Source: a virus
Taxonomy: Duplodnaviria > Heunggongvirae > Uroviricota > Caudoviricetes
Length of the DNA stretch: 64,000 nt
IMG/VR virus record: IMGVR_UViG_3300048091_000193
Location: 52,697 to 116,696 of that record
Direction: 5' to 3' (one strand)
Part shown: positions 63,820-64,000 of the stretch, in pieces
How positions within the stretch are numbered: position 1 is the first letter of the stretch
How the letters are laid out: every line of letters starts with the position of its first letter
Made by a program: the position numbers and the translations under genes
Notes under the pieces: model-generated
The model's input: only the letters and a program-made list of their open reading frames with translations
Told to the model about the DNA's origin: nothing
Databases searched by the model: none

Positions 63820-64000
63820 TCGTCCCGCCCGCAACCCGCGCTGCAGTGTGCGACAACGTAATCACTGCAGAGCAATTGAAAACGACAGCAACGCGAGACT
63901 GATGAGAACGTGATGTGTATCGCGCCGGGGTGAGCCCGGCTGGTGGATGGGCGCGAGATGCGCTCCCTCAACCTGGCTACGCCGTGAAGTCGGCGAGGCG

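Overview
High-GC, densely packed phage-type DNA-replication and nucleotide-metabolism module, most likely from a large virulent or phage-plasmid bacteriophage of an alphaproteobacterial host (host assignment is inference). Almost all genes are on the + strand, in operons with overlapping stop/start codons (ATGA, GTGA). The core mixes T4-like genes (rIIA, rIIB, gp32-like SSB, UvsX/RecA-like recombinase, 5'-3' exonuclease, SbcCD-like nuclease) with a bacterial-type replisome (DnaB-like helicase, DnaG-like primase, DnaE Pol III alpha). It also encodes a class II RNR, ThyX, dUTPase, MazG, an HD phosphohydrolase, an ATP-dependent ligase, PhoH, a CobS/CobT-like pair, a sigma-70 family protein, a DNA methyltransferase and three homing endonucleases. 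No capsid, tail, terminase or integrase genes are recognisable in this window. Two short opposite-strand islands stand out. The first (12.2-14.8 kb) holds a tRNA-Asn, a repABC-type RepC initiator with a putative antisense ctRNA, a ribbon-helix-helix protein and an XRE repressor. The second (58.1-60.7 kb) holds an HNH endonuclease and a membrane protein, saturated with a TCGCTAAATAGCGA-type palindrome next to two paralogous small winged-helix proteins. More than 20 intergenic regions carry a conserved sigma70-like promoter (-35 YTGCAA, 16 nt, -10 TATATT) fused to a perfect palindromic operator AAGTCA-N4-TGACTT. A third conserved 22-nt element overlaps the stop codons of three genes. Other unusual features: the DnaE C-terminus is replaced by a family-4 UDG-like domain; two pairs of unrelated proteins share identical C-terminal tails; the phage encodes Hfq-like and HslV-like proteins. 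All motif coordinates were read by hand from the sequence and may be off by 1-2 nt.
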